Positions 21,057 to 34,885 of a stretch of 64,000 bases of DNA are shown here, one piece after another. Numbering within the stretch: the stretch's first letter is position 1; each line of letters opens with the position of its first letter. Both the position numbers and the translations under genes were made by a program. Under the pieces are notes generated by a model. It was not told the origin of the DNA. It did no database searches and saw nothing but the letters and a program-made list of their open reading frames with translations. This DNA comes from Takakia lepidozioides (taxonomy: Eukaryota; Plantae; Bryophyta), in the NCBI GenBank assembly GCA_030704615.1, contig CM060731.1, forward strand, positions 50,406,001 to 50,470,000, in the 5' to 3' direction.

Positions 21057-23030
21057 AGGGGCTCGTCAATGGTGACGTCTCGGGCGGATCGAGGGCCATG
21101 TGGCGCTCCTGGCTCATCTCTGCCAGGTTTTTCCATGCAGGGCGGCGTGGATGATGACGTCTCGGGCGGATCGAGGGCCAGGTAGCGGGGGGCAAGCTCC
21201 AGACCTATGACATTGAAGTGCGCCGGCCAGCATTCATTGTCCGCAGCCGTTGGTGAAGTCGTCTACACTGGGCACGGATTCCGCGCTGCCTTCTCCTATA
21301 CGCATCGAACCCCTGATGTGATGGGTGGATGAAGTCCCGCTGAGGAGGCCCATTGTTATGACTTGCATCCTGAACAACGGCCAGGCCAGTTCCAAGGTAA
21401 CAATGGTGGCCGAGGATGAGGCAATGTAGTCCAGAGAGATAGAGGAGGTAGAGGTCGTGGTGGAGATCGTAACCAAAACCAAGGAGCACATGGTCAGGGT
21501 CAAGGTCATGACCAAGGCATGGTGGATAGACTTGCCCAGCTAGAGCAATGTCTTGTTGCCATGGCCACTACTCATGTTGCGCCAACTTCAAGGCTCGAGG
21601 TTCAAGCCCCACCTGCACAACCTCCTATGCCTAGGGAAGACCAGATTGGTATGGGCTTCATGTGTGGAGCCGCACTTGCAGGGCCATTGCATGTATTGGA
21701 CTCTGCTGTTGCTGTCACTCGAGCAGCAACGTGTGCTCCTGAGCCAAGATGAACGGATTGATCCACAAAGGGGGGAAGCAAGTCGTCAAACAAGGCTTGC
21801 ACAGTCCTTTACATTGGCTGAGACAGTGCCAACTACGCCATCGATGGCACCCGCTCGTCCAAGTGTGTCAGAGGTAAAGCCACGAGTGTCATTTGGGGAG
21901 AGCAGGTGTGGCTCGGGAAATGCCAGTGGGTGGTGTTGCAAAGCAAGGTGCAGCTAGTACATTGTTGGGGGCGGCTACGGCTGTTTGTCAAGCTCCATTG
22001 TTTTCTGCAATGACCATTGCAATGCCGGGGATTCAGCCAGCTGCTGTGTTCAGACTAGCAGCTAGACTCTGTGAGAGTGGTGATGCATCGGCACTATCTG
22101 CGGAGATAGCAGATAAGGTACAATCTATGGATGCTTTGGATTTGAGGGTGAAGTCAGCCATAGTTGCGCCATGGCAAGTGGCAGCTGCAAGGTTGCAGGA
22201 GTTGCTAGCTAGACCAGCCATTGAGTGCAGCATGGTGACTCCTGGAGTAGTCCTGGTGGACAATCAGGATAAAGCATTTCAATTGGGTGGCCCAACCGGG
22301 AGGAAGTATAGGCCACTGCGGGTCTTGTTGGACTCGGGAGCACGACCATTGATGTTGGGGAGAGCAGCAATTGTAGGCTTGGGCCTTATAGAGGCGGATT
22401 TGGGGCCTTGTCCTTTCCAAATTCAAACATCTTTGGGTGGTTCAGGGAAGGCGCGAAGGATTACACGCCATGAGCTCTTCATTCAATTGCAACCGGATCA
22501 TCCTACGGACGGCTCAGTCATGAAAGCTAAAGCCATTGTTACGGACGCGAGGTCCTATGATGTGCTTGTTGGTGGGGCGGTGTTGTATCCCATGGGATTT
22601 ACTCTGGACTTTTGGGAGGAAACGGCATCATACAGGGCAGTCAGGAGATGGCCGACGTGCACTGCTCCCAGTGTGGTTTATTGGGAATGTAGCAGTGGAC
22701 CATATGAACATGATGCCCACATTGGCTGCATTCTCAGGGGTGGTGGCTTGGGGTGGTGAGCTCTTGGAGGGCAATAGCCATGCAGATGATAGGCCATCAT
22801 CTGATGAGGACAAGCAACTGGCATACAAGGCTGAGTTGCTTCCTCATGTGCCTGTGCATATTCCACTGTGGGGTATGGTTGGGAATTTGCAGCGAGTAGC
22901 AGGCGAGAGTGTGCACCAAACATGGCAGGAGGCGTTTCCATTGATGAGTGAGGGGAGTTCAGTGACATCACCTGGACCTCCTCAGTTAGCTCCTTTGGAC
23001 ACTGGTTTGCCCATTACTTGGCAACCAACT

Positions 23031-23985
23031 GACTCAGGGATTTGTTTGCTAGACCTGTTTGGAGGCATGAGCACTGGGCTTGCAAGAGTGTTGCAAACTG
23101 GGATTAAAGTACAAAAATACTTGTATGTGGAGAAGGATGAGATAGCTCGGCGTATTTCTATACGCCACGTTGCTTTGCTCACACACCAGTATCCTGAGTT
23201 GCTGCATTTCTCAGCAATTCAAGGGTACCAAAAGGCCTTGCCAACAGACATTACTTCGCTGGGGGAGGATGATTTGGGCCGGCATGGTCCAATTGACTTG
23301 GTGATAGCTGGATGGCCTTGCCAATGACACTCTCCCGCAGGACATGGGAATGGCTTGCATGATGTAAGGTCGCATTTGTTTTGGGAGATGTTACGAGTGT
23401 TGCGTGACTTGCAGGTGAGGCAAGTGCAACCTCCAGCTTACATCCTGGAGAATATTCCTCTCATGGGGATTCTCGGGCCAGGGTTATGGCTAGTGTGCAT
23501 TAGGTGCGGTCTTGGATTGAACCAGTTGTATAATTGGATGCAGCTGCAGTGGGTTCACGGGCACATAGACCTAGGTTGTGGTGGACCAATCTTGCACCAT
23601 CACAGTTGCTCAAGAGAGCCTATGATTCCATTCAACGGCCACCCAACCTCACGGTTGAGGGCATTTTGGACCAAGGGAGGCAACCACAGAGGGTGCGACA
23701 TGATGACCGTCCACCTTTGGCGATGGTCAATCGATTGGGACAACCACGTGCGGCCTTGCCTACACTCATGAGTTTTCCATCGTCTCATGTTTTTCAAGAC
23801 AATGGTCCAGGGTTGATTTGGGACAATGTGCTACAGCAATTTGTGGAGCCTAGTGCGGATAAGCGAGAGCGGGCAATGGGGTTTGCCACAGGCACCAGCT
23901 GTGTCAGCTCTATCAGAGGCATCACGATGCCAAATGTTGGGTCAGGCAATGGATCTCAATTGCTTGACATGGGTCATCGGCTTGT
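23031..23985 (+). pseudogene. C5-cytosine DNA methyltransferase domain inside the gypsy polyprotein
   Basis: Motif I LLDLFGG, II YVEKD, IV DLVIAGWPCQ, V D.RS.LF, VI YILENIP, VIII HRPRLWWTN, IX ERAMGF, X LGQAMD, in canonical order. A stop follows PCQ and there are frameshifts. Confidence 0.9.
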
Positions 23986-25308
23986 GCATGGCTGAGCAAC
24001 GGAGATTGCCAGCATTGGTGGCTACTTCTGCACTTCCATTGGATATTGTACCATCTCTGCCAACCGGGACGGTGGAGGCAGTGAGTAGGGGCGAGCACAG
24101 GATCATGGAGTGCAAACACCCATGGCAGATGTGGGATGAGATGCGGAAAGAGAGAGTCATTGGATCTCTCAAGGAGCAATATGAGGAGTGGGGAGAGCCA
24201 TACACGGAGGATCAGTTGGAGGCCAAGGTGGCCAAGGCTCTTGAAGAGGTTGAGGATGTTTCTTTTGCGGAGGACGTTCTCAAGGTGGCTATGGCAGAGC
24301 AAGTGGAGGCTACGCCACAGTCAGGGTGGGCGAACAAGGCCCAAGAGGTTGCTATCTAGTAATCAAAGGATGCGTCTCTTACCTCCAAGCCTGGTGTACC
24401 CAAGGTTGCAGTCACTAAGGACAATTGGGAACCAGATGTTGGACCTACAGTCACTGGAGGAGAGAGACGGAAGATCTGGCGATTTCTAAGGGCTTATGGA
24501 AATTGCTTTGCCTTCAGTTTGAAGGATTTGGGGAGTTTGAAGGGCCAGGAGATTTGTATTGATTTGGCAAGTGACACGCCAATTTTTCGAAGGCCCTACA
24601 GGTATAGTGACATGGAGAGGTCATTGATCCAGTCACGGACTATGCAGTTGTTCAAAGCTGGATTGATGGAGTTGTCAGGCGGGGAGTATGCCTCGGCAAC
24701 GGTGATGCCAGCTAAGAAAGATATCTATGGCAATTGGACAGAAAGAAGGATGTGTGGAGACTATCGTCCTGTGAACCGTCAGACTAAGTCCGATAAATAT
24801 GCCATGCCGACTCCAGAGGAAATCTTTGATGCCATTTGGGCATGCGAAGGTGTTTAGCACATTGGACTTACGATCGGGTTATCACTAGTTGCCAATCAAA
24901 GATATTGACAAGCAAAAAACGACATTTTGGGGGATTGACCAGCATGGGAAGGATTGTTTGTACCAATGGCGCTTCTTACCATTTGGGTTGAAGAATGCTC
25001 CTGCAGAGTTTCAGAGGGTCATGGATAGGATTATTGCAGGGCTAGACTTCGTCCGGTGCTACATTGATGACATCATCATCTTTAGTGCCACGGTTGAGGA
25101 GCATGAGAGACACCTTCAGGTGGTGTTTGAGCGCTGGAGGGCGCATAGATTGAAACTGCACCCTGGAAAGTGTAAGTTCTTCCACAATCAGATTGAGTAT
25201 CTGGGCCACATGATATACCCTGGAGGATTGGGTGTTCAACAGACAAAGATGGAGGCCATTGCATGCATTCCACGCCCCATAGATGTAAGCAGAGTTCGTG
25301 CTTTCATG

Positions 25309-27901
25309 CTTAGTTTGCAATGGAGACACCTTTGGTACAGAGAAATTAACCCTGTCCGGCCGATGGGAATCTCCATCCGACCCTGGAGGAGTGTTCAATT
25401 TCCTTTTGCATGATCCAAATCTTTCCTCGCCTTCCAAATGGGGGAGCCTGGATTGCAAAGGGGAGCCTTCAGTGCACCTGTTCAGAGCTTTGGCCATCTT
25501 CGATGGGTCTCCGGACCTACTCGCAGCCCTTAGCATCAACAAAGTCGTATCAGGGCCCTTGCCTCCACCCCGTCCCATCAGAAAATTGCGGTACCTGGTT
25601 TGTTGTGTAAGTGCCCACACCATGTCATCAGCAGTGGCCACATATAAGTCACGTCCTGCTTTGGTAGACTGCTGCATCCAGGCGTTGTGAACAGTCTCCG
25701 CCACATTACAAGATGGCATGTTGGCCAAGTCCTCCAAGGACATGTCCTATAGGAGGCATTGCATGGAAATATGGGGAACGAAAGGAAATGGAAGAGGTTC
25801 TGCAAGTGACAAAACAACAACCCCAAATGAACAGGCACGATGCAAAGTGAAATTTGTGTTTCTGGGATTGAAGAGGCTTACCGTCGTCATGAAAGCTCCC
25901 CACTGTTTGTACCTGAAGTGCTAGAAAACCAACCAGTCCTCCAACTCCTTCAGGTGGATACCAGTAGCAGCACCAGAGGAGAACCACCAAGCCTGGATTG
26001 CTTGGTAAGTGCTCTCAGCTTCTCCCATTGAGGTGGCATTTTTGTACTTGAGGCAGAGCCTTCTGTGCTCCAACTGAAGGTTAGGGCGAATGCAGCGCTT
26101 TGTATGACGTGCCAGAGATTGACTCCAATGGAAGAGGCATGTGCGCTCCCTATTTTCCATTGGGACCTTAGGATCCCCCGAACCAAACACGCGCCGCACT
26201 GCGATGAGATTTGCCTGTGCATTATCAGCCATGAAGCCCGCAAAAATTTGTGTTCTGTATTCCATTGCGCTGCATGACGGCCAGGAGCGAATTCCACGTG
26301 AGCATCTGGGATTCAGTGTCCTCCGACTGCATATCACAAATTGCTATGGAGAGCACACGCTGGTACGCTGGATCGTACACATGGCACGCCATGGTTGTCC
26401 AACCCTTCACCCATTTGCAGTGATCCAACTTTAACCAACATTTTGCCAAATCTCCTCGAGTTGCATTTGGCGGACAATGCTCACACCACTGCCTTCGCCC
26501 ACTGTGGACATCTTGAACAAATACACCTTGGACGAGCCCTGGCCAGGGAAGATATTGTTTTGAAGGAATTCATAGCGACTCCTCCGTTTGAGGTCCATAA
26601 TGTTGTCCATGAATCCAGCAGTGCTTGTGCCCATTCTGAGAGAGCTCAACACGGAGAAATGGTCCATCACTGCATCAAACAAATCTGCATCCAGCATTGG
26701 TTGTGTCGCATCCCTTTCACCCAGTATGTGTTTTTCCAGGAATGCCTTGCTAGCTGCAAGCGCTATAGCAGAAGGTGTTGCACAAGGGGCATTGTGGAAC
26801 TCCTGCTTCAGCAAATTTCTAGCGATGTCCACGCTATCCCTGCAACTTCCTTTGGACACAGGATACTCGTGTGTACCCATATGAATGCAGGCACGAGTCA
26901 TTGTCTTGCATCGGTGTGCCACCTGGTACATACGAGCGTGGCACACAGAAACACAGGACGGGGAAAGTTTGCAAAACCCGCACACAAAAGTATTGGTCTT
27001 GGGAGGGGCAAGCCCTTGGGTGAAAGGATTCAAGGGCACACCTTCCCACTCACTTTCGTTTGGTTTAGCGCTGTTTCTCAGGCGAGGGCAAGAAATATTC
27101 ACGCACTTGCAATGCCCAACTCAAACCGACCTTCGAAATTTCAATCCAATGTCGTTGTGGATGTTCGACGTTTTTGTCCTGCACCAAGGGTGTCCGTCAT
27201 GTTTCTTGTCCATGCCCTGCAGAAGCCCAGCTAGTCCACTGGAAGACGTGGGAGGGTTGAGCTCAAACAAGATATCCCCATCAAACTCTGCTGGCACATA
27301 TTGAGCCCGCTGCACACGAAGGGACTCCCAATCAACAAAACGCAGCTCGCTCTTGCACCCAGGCACCCCTGCGAGGGCTTTCAATTTCGGAATGACACTC
27401 GTTATCTCCTGCAATTCGTCATCATCCAAGAATGGAGTCTGCCCTGGCGGAGGAATCTCATAAACATCCTCCGAGGACGAGTCTGAAAGAGTCACGAATG
27501 TAGTGGATGTGCTCACCTCTTGTTTCACATGAACTGTGCCTTTCTGCTGCACGACCAATGCTGCAGTGCCAGGGGTAACTACTGATTTTGCTGATTGTCT
27601 TCTCTCTTTTCCAAGGACCCGGTATGTAGCTTTGGATGAATTCATTAATGTATATGTGTTTTAAATGACACGTGTAGTGATGTAGTCATATATATAGAGT
27701 TATGAAACAATTTGCAGTAAAGGACTCATAAGTTTACGTGCCTTATCATCGATGGATAAACTTATCCAATTGATGAATACATTCGTGTATGTGCTTTCAA
27801 AATGACACGTGTAGGGATGTAGTCGTATAAATAGAGCTGTAAAACCATCTTCAGTCATGGAGTCACAAGATTCCATGAAACGTCGTCCACGTGTAGTCAA
27901 A
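25309..27901 (-). mobile_element. Truncated DNA-transposon fragment encoding a MULE-like DDE transposase, inserted between RT and RNase H of the gypsy element
   Basis: Minus-strand peptides DGHPWCRTKTSN.., WLKLDHCKWVKGWTTMACHVYD, FMADNAQAN..CLFHWSQSL (D..CxxH) and CNVAETVHNAW. Subterminal gtagtcat repeats at 27660-27900. Confidence 0.7.
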
Positions 27902-30606
27902 CATGTCAAACTACTATCGTCGGTTTGTCAAGGGATTTAGCAGCATTGCGAAGGCTCTTACCAAGTTGACCAAGGTGGGTCAGGAGTGGCAGTGGGAGGA
28001 GGAGCAGGAGGAAGCCTTTGAGGAACTCAATGCTCGATTGACTTCTGTACCTATTTTGAGGCGGTCTATTCGGGGGCGGCTTTTCCAGCTACATACGGAT
28101 TGGAGTATGTTGGGGATTGGAGCAGTGCTCACACAGGTGGATGATGAGGGAAGAGAGTTCGTAGTGGCATATGCTAGCCGCTCGAACAATGATGTTGAGG
28201 CGAAGTATAGCTCATATGAAGGAGAGTGTTTAGCTGCAGTATGGGCAGTAGTACATTTTAGATGCTACCTCTATGACAATCTCTTCACCCTTGTCACGGA
28301 TCACCAACCATTGAAATGGTTGAGCGGAAGTTTGCACAGTGTGCACTTATGCTTCAAGAGTACGACTTTCAAGTGGTACATCGAGCCGGTATAGTCAACC
28401 GGGATGCGGATGGATTGAATCGTAATCCATGCACAAGTGAGCTTGATGATACAAGAGCTCGTTGGCATGGTGAGACGGACAAGGAGATGATGTTAGGATG
28501 ACACGCATCTGCCTTTTTGTGCATTCTAGCAATGGGAGCTCAAGCTGGTCCACCCAATGGGATTGGTCATGGAGATAGTGTGCATGACGATCCAGAGATC
28601 AGTGAAGAGTTTGGTGGTGCTAAGGATGTGCATGAAGATGCAGCAGTGTTGGCCTTTCTTCGTGCCGGAGAGACAACAGTTAGTGTGACTGCAAAGGAGA
28701 GAGATCGGATCCTACAACGAGCCAAGAGGTTCAAGTGGGAGGGGACTCAACTACTCCGTGTATGGGAGGATGGACGAGTGAGGATTGTGTCTCATCCAAC
28801 ACAACGAGCGCGATTGGTATGCTATGCCCATGAAGAGTTGGGACATTTTGGGGTGCGGCGCACTCAAAGTTTGCTGCAAGGGCAGTACTGGTGGCGGGGC
28901 ATGCACACGGATGTGCAGCAGTTAGTGGCAAGATGCATGATATGTGATAGAGTGCGGGCTTCTTTCAAACCCCCTACTCCACAATTGCATCATTTACCCA
29001 TTATGGGTTTGGGCTATTGTTGGAGCCTTGACTTTGCAGGCCCATTGCCACTAATGATTCGTCATAACAAGTATGTGCTGGTGATGGTCAAACATTTCTC
29101 TAAATGAATTGAACTGGTGGCTTTGCCTGAAAAGGCAAGTGATGGGGCTGCGTATGTATACTTAGATCGAGTGCTTAACCAATTTGGTGCTCCAGCCGAG
29201 TTACTCACGGACCAAGGGAGGGAGTTCTTGGGGGAGTTTCAAACTTTGTGTGAACAAGCCTTGATAGACCATCGCACTACTCCTCGGGATCATCACGGGG
29301 CTGATGGCTTGGCGAAGATCACAAAGACTCTATCCCTCCCCATTGGACATGATGAGGCATACACTCCATCCCCACCCTTCTAGCTCTCAACCGACAATAT
29401 TGTGTATACCATCTGATGGAAGATTTGCTAAACTCAGTGCTCCTTCATTGGGATTGTTGTAATGGTCGGTCACCTGCAGATCTCCCATGACCCCAAGGGA
29501 ATCATAGCCATGGAATCACTATCATTACCACCCAGGGTGGAGCCATAAGACAAAGCCTGTGCTTGATACATGCGTAAGGTCATCCTCTGACAGATATCGG
29601 GCTTGGGATTCTGCCTGGGACTGTCACTAGATAACTTAAGGCAGCTCTGACAGATCTTTCCTTTGAGAAAGATGCTTTCTATTGGCAGGCAACTATCTAG
29701 CAGCAATAGAACAGCAGAAACTGCGATTGCATTTCAGAATGAAATTCATTGAAACTGTTCATGACAAATTACACTTGATAGCATCTCTTGACATCTACAC
29801 AACTGTATGCCTTCCTGACAAGCAACTTACTGAAACAGGATCTCACAATACCGCCCGCTACCCAAAGCCCCAAAGCTCAAGGTGACAATATGGGTTCAAT
29901 CAAATTGAGGAAGTTCACTTCCACACCCCATATTTGTCCAAAGAATAAAACTAGCTTAATCTGCAAGCATTGTTCTGAATGGAGAGAAACTATGAAAGGT
30001 GGCAGTGTGATGCCGATCTTTCCCAGCCGTTGTGAAACTCATCAACAAGGATAAATTTCCACTGCAATGTGGAGACACTTCCCTGTAAAGCCCCTTTAGT
30101 GTCAATAACAGGAAAACCAAATAGATACTATAACTCTGGACGCCAGACTCTACAAGTGAACTACTTAGGAGAGTCAGGATGTTTTCCCTCCACTGCAAAC
30201 AATTGTCACCCTCGTGCTTTCAATTCCCAGCAAATTCACTTTCTGAGGCACAGGGTTTTAGATTCTGGGAAGTCCAAGATTCTGTCCAATATTATGATCT
30301 AGAACAATCCCTGGCCCCACCAGATGATGCAAATGAGAATTCATCTCTTCATCGACACAAGTAACAGGTGGAATGTAATACTAAGGAATCAGTCACAGAA
30401 AAAACTAAAATATTGAAAATAATGTGGAGATCTTTCTTCACAAATGATTTCCGCTATCACAGGCCTGTGAACCCCTCCAGATAATCCTACAATGCACCAG
30501 CAGCGATTAGACATACACAGCATCACTATCCAGAGTTCAACGCTGGTAGGACTACGTGAGGGCAGGACTTACGTCTTAAACAGCAAGCGGAACAATACTC
30601 TCATGC

Positions 30607-33600
30607 CTATGACTCCACCACATCCCTGGGGGCACCAAAAATGCGCAAGTTCCGGTCGCTGCTCCCAATCGCAAGGTATGTTGAATCAGGTCCAAATTGA
30701 ACCGATGTCACTTTTCCTGTATCACAAGATGGTGCCCACCCCAGCAAAAATCCAACATTAGATATAAGAAAGTCATCAGCAGTCCTGGTCAATGCTGAGA
30801 TACACAAGATGTACACATGTCTGAAATTGAGTTCTAGACACAGACAGAGGAAGTATAGATCGTGCCCAGTTTGGGAAAAGAGGGAAGGGTGACGGTTGGG
30901 AGACACGCATACCTGTCCCAGACAAGTCAGGGAACACTTTGATTGTACTCCACTCCTGCTTGACACTTGCTACTTGGTATAGTCTGCCCAATGCAGCCCC
31001 ATGTCAGAAACTCACAATGGAGCCTTGTAAAGTGACGATGCTGCCAGTGCCTCAAATTAAAGAGGGCAATAAACAAAAGAAACCAAAGAGCATATCAAAC
31101 CCCAAATGTTGCATGAAGACGGGAGTGCTTAATGCAGGTAAACTGCTTAAGCACTTTGGGGCTGCATGACTGAAGGCCTCTACCAGTATCTTCACCTTGA
31201 TGTGCCTAAGGTGTAAGCTGGCATTAAAATATTTTGAATAGCACAAATGCCCAAGTCTAGGGAGAGGCACTAGGAGAGACAGTTATCCACATTTTCCCTG
31301 TGATTGTCATCTGCCCATTGACCCCTAAAAATGTTAGTTAAACAAAGAAGGTCTGAGAGGAAAGAGAGGGCACCTGACATCAGAGCCCCCGACAGCCAAG
31401 TAGCTGCCACTGTAGTCAAATTGCACTGCAAGTACAGACACCCATAGAAAACTATAAAAATTCTGTCCTAAGGTAAAAAGTCTATCATTCTTAAACTAAA
31501 GAACCATTCAAAACTCTTACGCATTTGATGCAAATCAGGAGCTCAGTTGTGAAACCCGGACAAGTAATTTCAAGATACGGAGAAGCGAGGAAGATACCAG
31601 CATTGGTAGGGGTGCTACTGTCATAAGGGGAAAATGATCGGAAGTTCTTCAGCTTCCGGAGATCCCAGAGCTTCACTCCATCATGAGCAGCCGTCTACAG
31701 ACACAGACAGATATTTCTTAAGTGGGACTGACAACAATACATAACTGCACCAGTTGTATGTAACCACAGTTCGACAAATCAACGCAGACACCAAAGAAAC
31801 ACAGAAACCCTAGACAAGAAATGGCAACAATCATGGCCACGAGATCAGCGAACTGTAAGCATCTTATAAATCTCAAACTGGACATGGAACGGAAAGAGCT
31901 GTGAACTTACTGCTAAGAAGTAACCATTTTCTGAGAATGAGATGTCAGTAACAGGTCCTGTGTGCCCCTCAAACTTGGCCACATTGGCCTGCACCCCTTG
32001 CTCCCACATTCCACCATATTACCCATTTGCAACTTCTTTCACACAAACAGATGTACAATGCCAGTCTCTCATTTGAACCTCCCACTATTAAATCTCTTGC
32101 TTTCTCTCTCCTGTATGTTCTTGGGAACAGAATTTGCGCTAAGACAAACCTGAGATTTGACATCCCAAATCCGGACCAGTGACTCGGCTGTGCCAGTGCC
32201 GAGAATGAGGCCATCAGGATGGAATGAAGCTGATGTATACCCATCCTGTACAGTAGGCTCGCTCACCTGCACATTAGGCACAAAAGGTCAAGGATGCACT
32301 TCCCTGTGGTAGCACCCAAACAAGATACTGTACACACAGACTGCGCCAAGCTAAATATAAATGACCTTACAAGCACATGTCCAGACCCAACCTGGTCCCA
32401 ATTTGCAAAGGAGCATGCAATTCTCTGGCAGGGAGGAAAATACTAGAACAAAACTACACCTCCCAATACAGAAAGGATACTTTACATAGAATCACAAAAC
32501 TGAGTATGCATCCTATACAGTATATGTAAAGGACACCTGGGCACCTTTTGATTTTAAACGAGGACAAAGAGACAAACCTGTGCCAGGCAGATGCCAGAAG
32601 AGAGATCATAGAAACCCCATGTCTTATCAGATGATGCAGTCACAAAGTAGTTTTGTGTGGCATGTACAGTTACGGCCTTCACCTGGTGTTATTCCCACAA
32701 CCATTTACTCAACAGAATGGTCTCTGAATCTTGAAGTACATAATCCCTGCCTAATAAGTAGCTATGTCGCTTCAGAAACTCAAAATCCAAAATAGCAATA
32801 GCCAGGCACCTCAGCAGTATGATCCCTCAACGTGTGTTTGCACTCATAGCTGCCATCCTCCTTTCCTTGCCAAATTCGCACCGTCTGCCACCAATGCTAT
32901 TTATTTAGATTAAACCTCAAAACATCAACACACAGCACATAGCACATTAGAAAAAGTGTCGCTTGGCGAAACCATTCCTGAGTGCACAGTCAACATCAAA
33001 TGAAGAGAGTCAATTACACTACACAACAGACATCCATTTGGAGACAAGAACAAGCAGGTTTATACAAAAAATCTCATTGAAAGCCTTAATATTTGTCAGC
33101 AGAGGTATCATAAGGTGTCCACCAACCTTATCAGCTGAGCCAGTCAGTAGTAAATCATCCCGTGACACAAACTTCACACTAGTTACCTGCAAAAGAAACG
33201 ACCAGAGGACTTCATCAGTCTCTGTCTACAGATGTTCATAGTGACACCCAGCTTGACTGCTACACATGCAACCTTTGATAACATTCATGCATCCCATAAT
33301 GTTCAGCACATTCTTAATGGTGCTGATGTAATTGTTTACTAGACTGCCTAGGTTTCAATTGCAAATAAGTTTAGACAAAGTTGGGAAAACTCACCCGCTT
33401 GCTGTGGCCAGTTAGTTGGGACGAAATTTCGCCTGAGCTGCGGTTAAACACTGTTGCTAGTCCATCAACACCTCCTGTCAATATCAGATCCTGCCAATGT
33501 ACACATCAGGTAATAAGTCAGTGGATCCTACAGAGAGAAACAAGAAGAAACCTTTGCTACAAATTTTTCAGTGTGCATACTTTTTATGATGGCCCAGAAC

Positions 33601-34829
33601 CCTTCAAGCCACCCTCCTCTTCAAAAGTATCCTGTAAGAGAAAGGAGGGTAGACACATACCCTGGAAGGATGAATATCAATAGACAATATGCCTGGCTTC
33701 GAGCTGGCATGGAGAGGATGGCTGGCCACCTGCGTGTACCTCTCCAGAGCTTCAGTCGTCGCCAATGTTTGCGAAATCTGCACAATCCACCAAAACAACT
33801 CTGACCAATTCATTTCTCTTCAGTAAATCTGGTATAGTAAATTGGGAACAACTGGGAGGCGGAGGCAGAAGACAAATTCGTCACTAGAATTCACACCATC
33901 ATAATACACAATTCAACCAATGGCCACCTGAACTCATTTAATCATAATCCAGGTCGTGGTGCATAAAAGAATGACATACACATGTTGAGAAACTGGCCAA
34001 TCCAAGTTGGAGATAGACACACACAGAGAAAAGAGATTGGAAAGGAGATTGGCTTAAGAGTTTTTCTGCCCTCTCCCCTAACACACCTTGTACTAATACA
34101 CACAAGAAAACTGGTCAATTGCCAGTTCATAGAGAGGAAAGTCTCCACTGAAAAACCAAAACCTCTCAGTTCTAGACCATGTTTCTAAAAACAAACCTAG
34201 CAGAAACATTGGGGAAGAGTGCAACAAACCTGCCGCTTTTTCCGCTGTCCAGACAAACGGGCATTGCAATCAGTGAGCTCTTTAACAATCTCAGTTGTGA
34301 TGCCCTGCCGAGGCTTCTTTCCAGCACCCAAAGACTCTGACTCTGCTTCAGGAGCTGAAACACTATTCTGAAGTCAGGATGCAATCTTCTCTCTTTAAAA
34401 ATTTCTTTCAAATCTTCCTTCAACTCTCAACCAGCATGCAAATGTCATGCCTTCCAAGAACTAAAGATCCAACCAGTCCAGAAGCAACTGGCTGATTGGG
34501 AAATACAAAAGGGTTCATGTTTTCGTAGCAGCTCACCATCATGATTTGAAGTTGACTACTTTACCAAATCTAGACATGACATTATGGCACTATATATCTG
34601 GTCAATTTGTTAATATGCTTGAACAATCTGACCTCGCTTGCCATTGCTGGTGACTGTTTGGGAGGCAGGGGTCGGGACTGCAGCTGACACAGCAGGGACT
34701 TGTCTTTCTGCCTGTACTAGCAGCTCCCGGGCCTCGTCCCTCTCTTTCTTCAACCGGGCTATCACTCGACATGCTGCATCATGCTGCACACCCCACCTCA
34801 ATTCCCGCAGCATCACACTCCAAATCCCT

Positions 34830-34885
<56 letters not shown>

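Larger units (their letters stand above)
21230..29316 (+). mobile_element. Degenerate Ty3/gypsy LTR retrotransposon internal region: gag-like, protease, C5 DNA methyltransferase, RT, RNase H, integrase (truncated)
   Basis: Protease VLLDSGA at about 22325. RT: RMCGDYRPVN, LPFGLKNAPAEFQR, YIDDIIIFS. RNase H: LHTDWS..YSSYEGECLAAVWA..VTDHQPL. Integrase: HEELGHFG..CMIC, SLDFAGP, LTDQGREF. Domain order PR-RT-RH-INT. Confidence 0.92.

Noticed and set aside
26341-27234. 297-aa plus-strand ORF
   Set aside because: Antisense shadow of the minus-strand transposase.
29317-30430. 3' LTR or continuation of the DNMT-gypsy
   Set aside because: The integrase stops abruptly at DGLA and the following sequence does not match 20.6-21.2 kb; left unassigned.
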